Part shown: piece after piece, positions 24,901 to 25,690 of the stretch
Layout: each line of letters starts with the position of its first letter
Position numbering within the stretch: the stretch's first letter is position 1
IMG/VR virus record: IMGVR_UViG_3300017774_000177
Span: 1-25,690 of that record
Length of the DNA: 25,690 nucleotides
Reading direction: 5' to 3' (one strand)
Source: a virus
Lineage: Duplodnaviria; Caudoviricetes
Translations under genes and position numbers: made by a program
The notes under the pieces: generated by a model
What the model was told of the DNA's origin: nothing
What the model saw: the letters and a program-made list of their open reading frames with translations, nothing else
The model's database searches: none

Positions 24901-25590
24901 GTGAAGACCACTCAAAACGCCACCACCGAAGCCCCCGCCGTGAAGCCCGACGCGATGACCATGCCGAAGCGGATGCGGCCCCTGCACGATGCCCTCATGG
25001 GCGCAGCCTCGACGCTCTCCGGATCGATGCGGGCATTCGGCATCGCCGCCATCGCCGCCCTTGACGCTGGATGTCACTCGTTCCTGAAGGTCGAAGCCCT
25101 CCCCTACCTCACGCAAGCCCTGACCTCACAGGGCATCGCCCGCGCTAGTGCGGACGCTTCCGCCCGGATCGCACTCGTCGGGTGGGCTGCTGGTCCCGAA
25201 GCCATCGAGGGCTTGCCCGCGGACGGGCTTCGGCATCTCGCGAGTGTCGGCAAGGACCTGCCCGAAGCGGACCGCAAGGTCGCGATCGTCGCCGCCCTCG
25301 ACTCTGCCAAGCGGACCGCCGCGAAGCCCGGGAAGCCCACCGTGTCGGAACTCCGCTACGCAGCGGGCAAGGACGGTGCTAACGCGAAGCCCGCTACGGC
25401 TCAATTGGCCGACCTCGCCTTGAAGTGTGCGAAGGGCGATCACGCGAAGGCCAGCGCATTCCTGCGGGGGGCGATCGAGGCAGTCGAGGCCCAGCAGGTC
25501 GAGGCTAGCGAGAAGCCCGCGAAGGGCGACCCGGATCCCGCGACCATCGCCGCTCGCGCTGCCTCGATTCGCAAGGGCAAGGGCCAGTAA
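24901..25590 (+). CDS. Hypothetical Ala-rich early protein (229 aa)
   Basis: GTG start with GAGGA SD; GC3-rich codons; lies between the promoter and a downstream hairpin. Confidence 0.75.
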   Translation: MKTTQNATTEAPAVKPDAMTMPKRMRPLHDALMGAASTLSGSMRAFGIAAIAALDAGCHSFLKVEALPYLTQALTSQGIARASADASARIALVGWAAGPEAIEGLPADGLRHLASVGKDLPEADRKVAIVAALDSAKRTAAKPGKPTVSELRYAAGKDGANAKPATAQLADLALKCAKGDHAKASAFLRGAIEAVEAQQVEASEKPAKGDPDPATIAARAASIRKGKGQ

Positions 25591-25591
25591 G

Positions 25592-25606
25592 GTCTAGACC
25601 CTAGAC
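25592..25606. repeat. Right arm of 15-bp inverted repeat (GTCTAGACCCTAGAC)
   Basis: Exact reverse complement of 24745-24759; begins 1 nt after the stop codon. Confidence 0.85.
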
Positions 25607-25616
25607 GGCGCCACTC

Positions 25617-25653
25617 GCCCCCGGGTCGCTATGGAGCGGCTCGGGGGCTTTCT
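25617..25653 (+). terminator. GC-rich hairpin: terminator or RNA processing site
   Basis: GCCCCCGGGTCGCT-ATGG-AGCGGCTCGGGGGC (14 bp including G-U pairs) followed by TTTCT. Confidence 0.65.
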
Positions 25654-25690
25654 CATGGGCGCACCGAAAATTTTTTTGGGCCGCTCTCCC

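Noticed and set aside
24740-25690. Host chromosome or prophage boundary, or an IS element, explaining the GC shift and inverted repeat
   Set aside because: No transposase, integrase, tRNA/att site or recognisable host gene; promoter-gene-hairpin on the same strand fits a phage early region. Not fully excluded without flanking sequence.
1-25690. Stop-codon reassignment, tRNA genes, or introns/inteins in terL or portal
   Set aside because: Core genes are full length in the standard code with T7-like sizes; TAA, TGA and TAG all act as stops; no cloverleaf seen in the few intergenic gaps.

Overview
The window is one contiguous, entirely + strand stretch of a T7-like podovirus (Autographiviridae-type) genome. 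It opens with the 3' end of a T7 gp6-like exonuclease and a DUF1599-like gene. The full morphogenesis module follows in T7 order: gp6.7-like, portal, scaffold, major capsid, tail tubular A and B, internal virion/ejection proteins gp13-gp16, tail fibre, small and large terminase. After that come a cluster of small, very basic ORFs with an HNH gene, a probable genome-end/concatemer junction, and the first GC-rich early gene behind a near-consensus sigma70 promoter. The main departures from the T7 plan are: (1) an ADP-ribosyltransferase-like domain inserted between linkers in the gp16-like ejection protein, a candidate injected effector; (2) an early promoter+gene unit bracketed by an exact 15-bp inverted repeat; (3) a holin/spanin-like cassette placed between scaffold and capsid, with no recognisable endolysin; (4) an SGNH-hydrolase-like protein after the fibre; (5) a 67-aa tandem duplication in gp15. 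All assignments come from reading motifs and gene order by eye; no database search was run.
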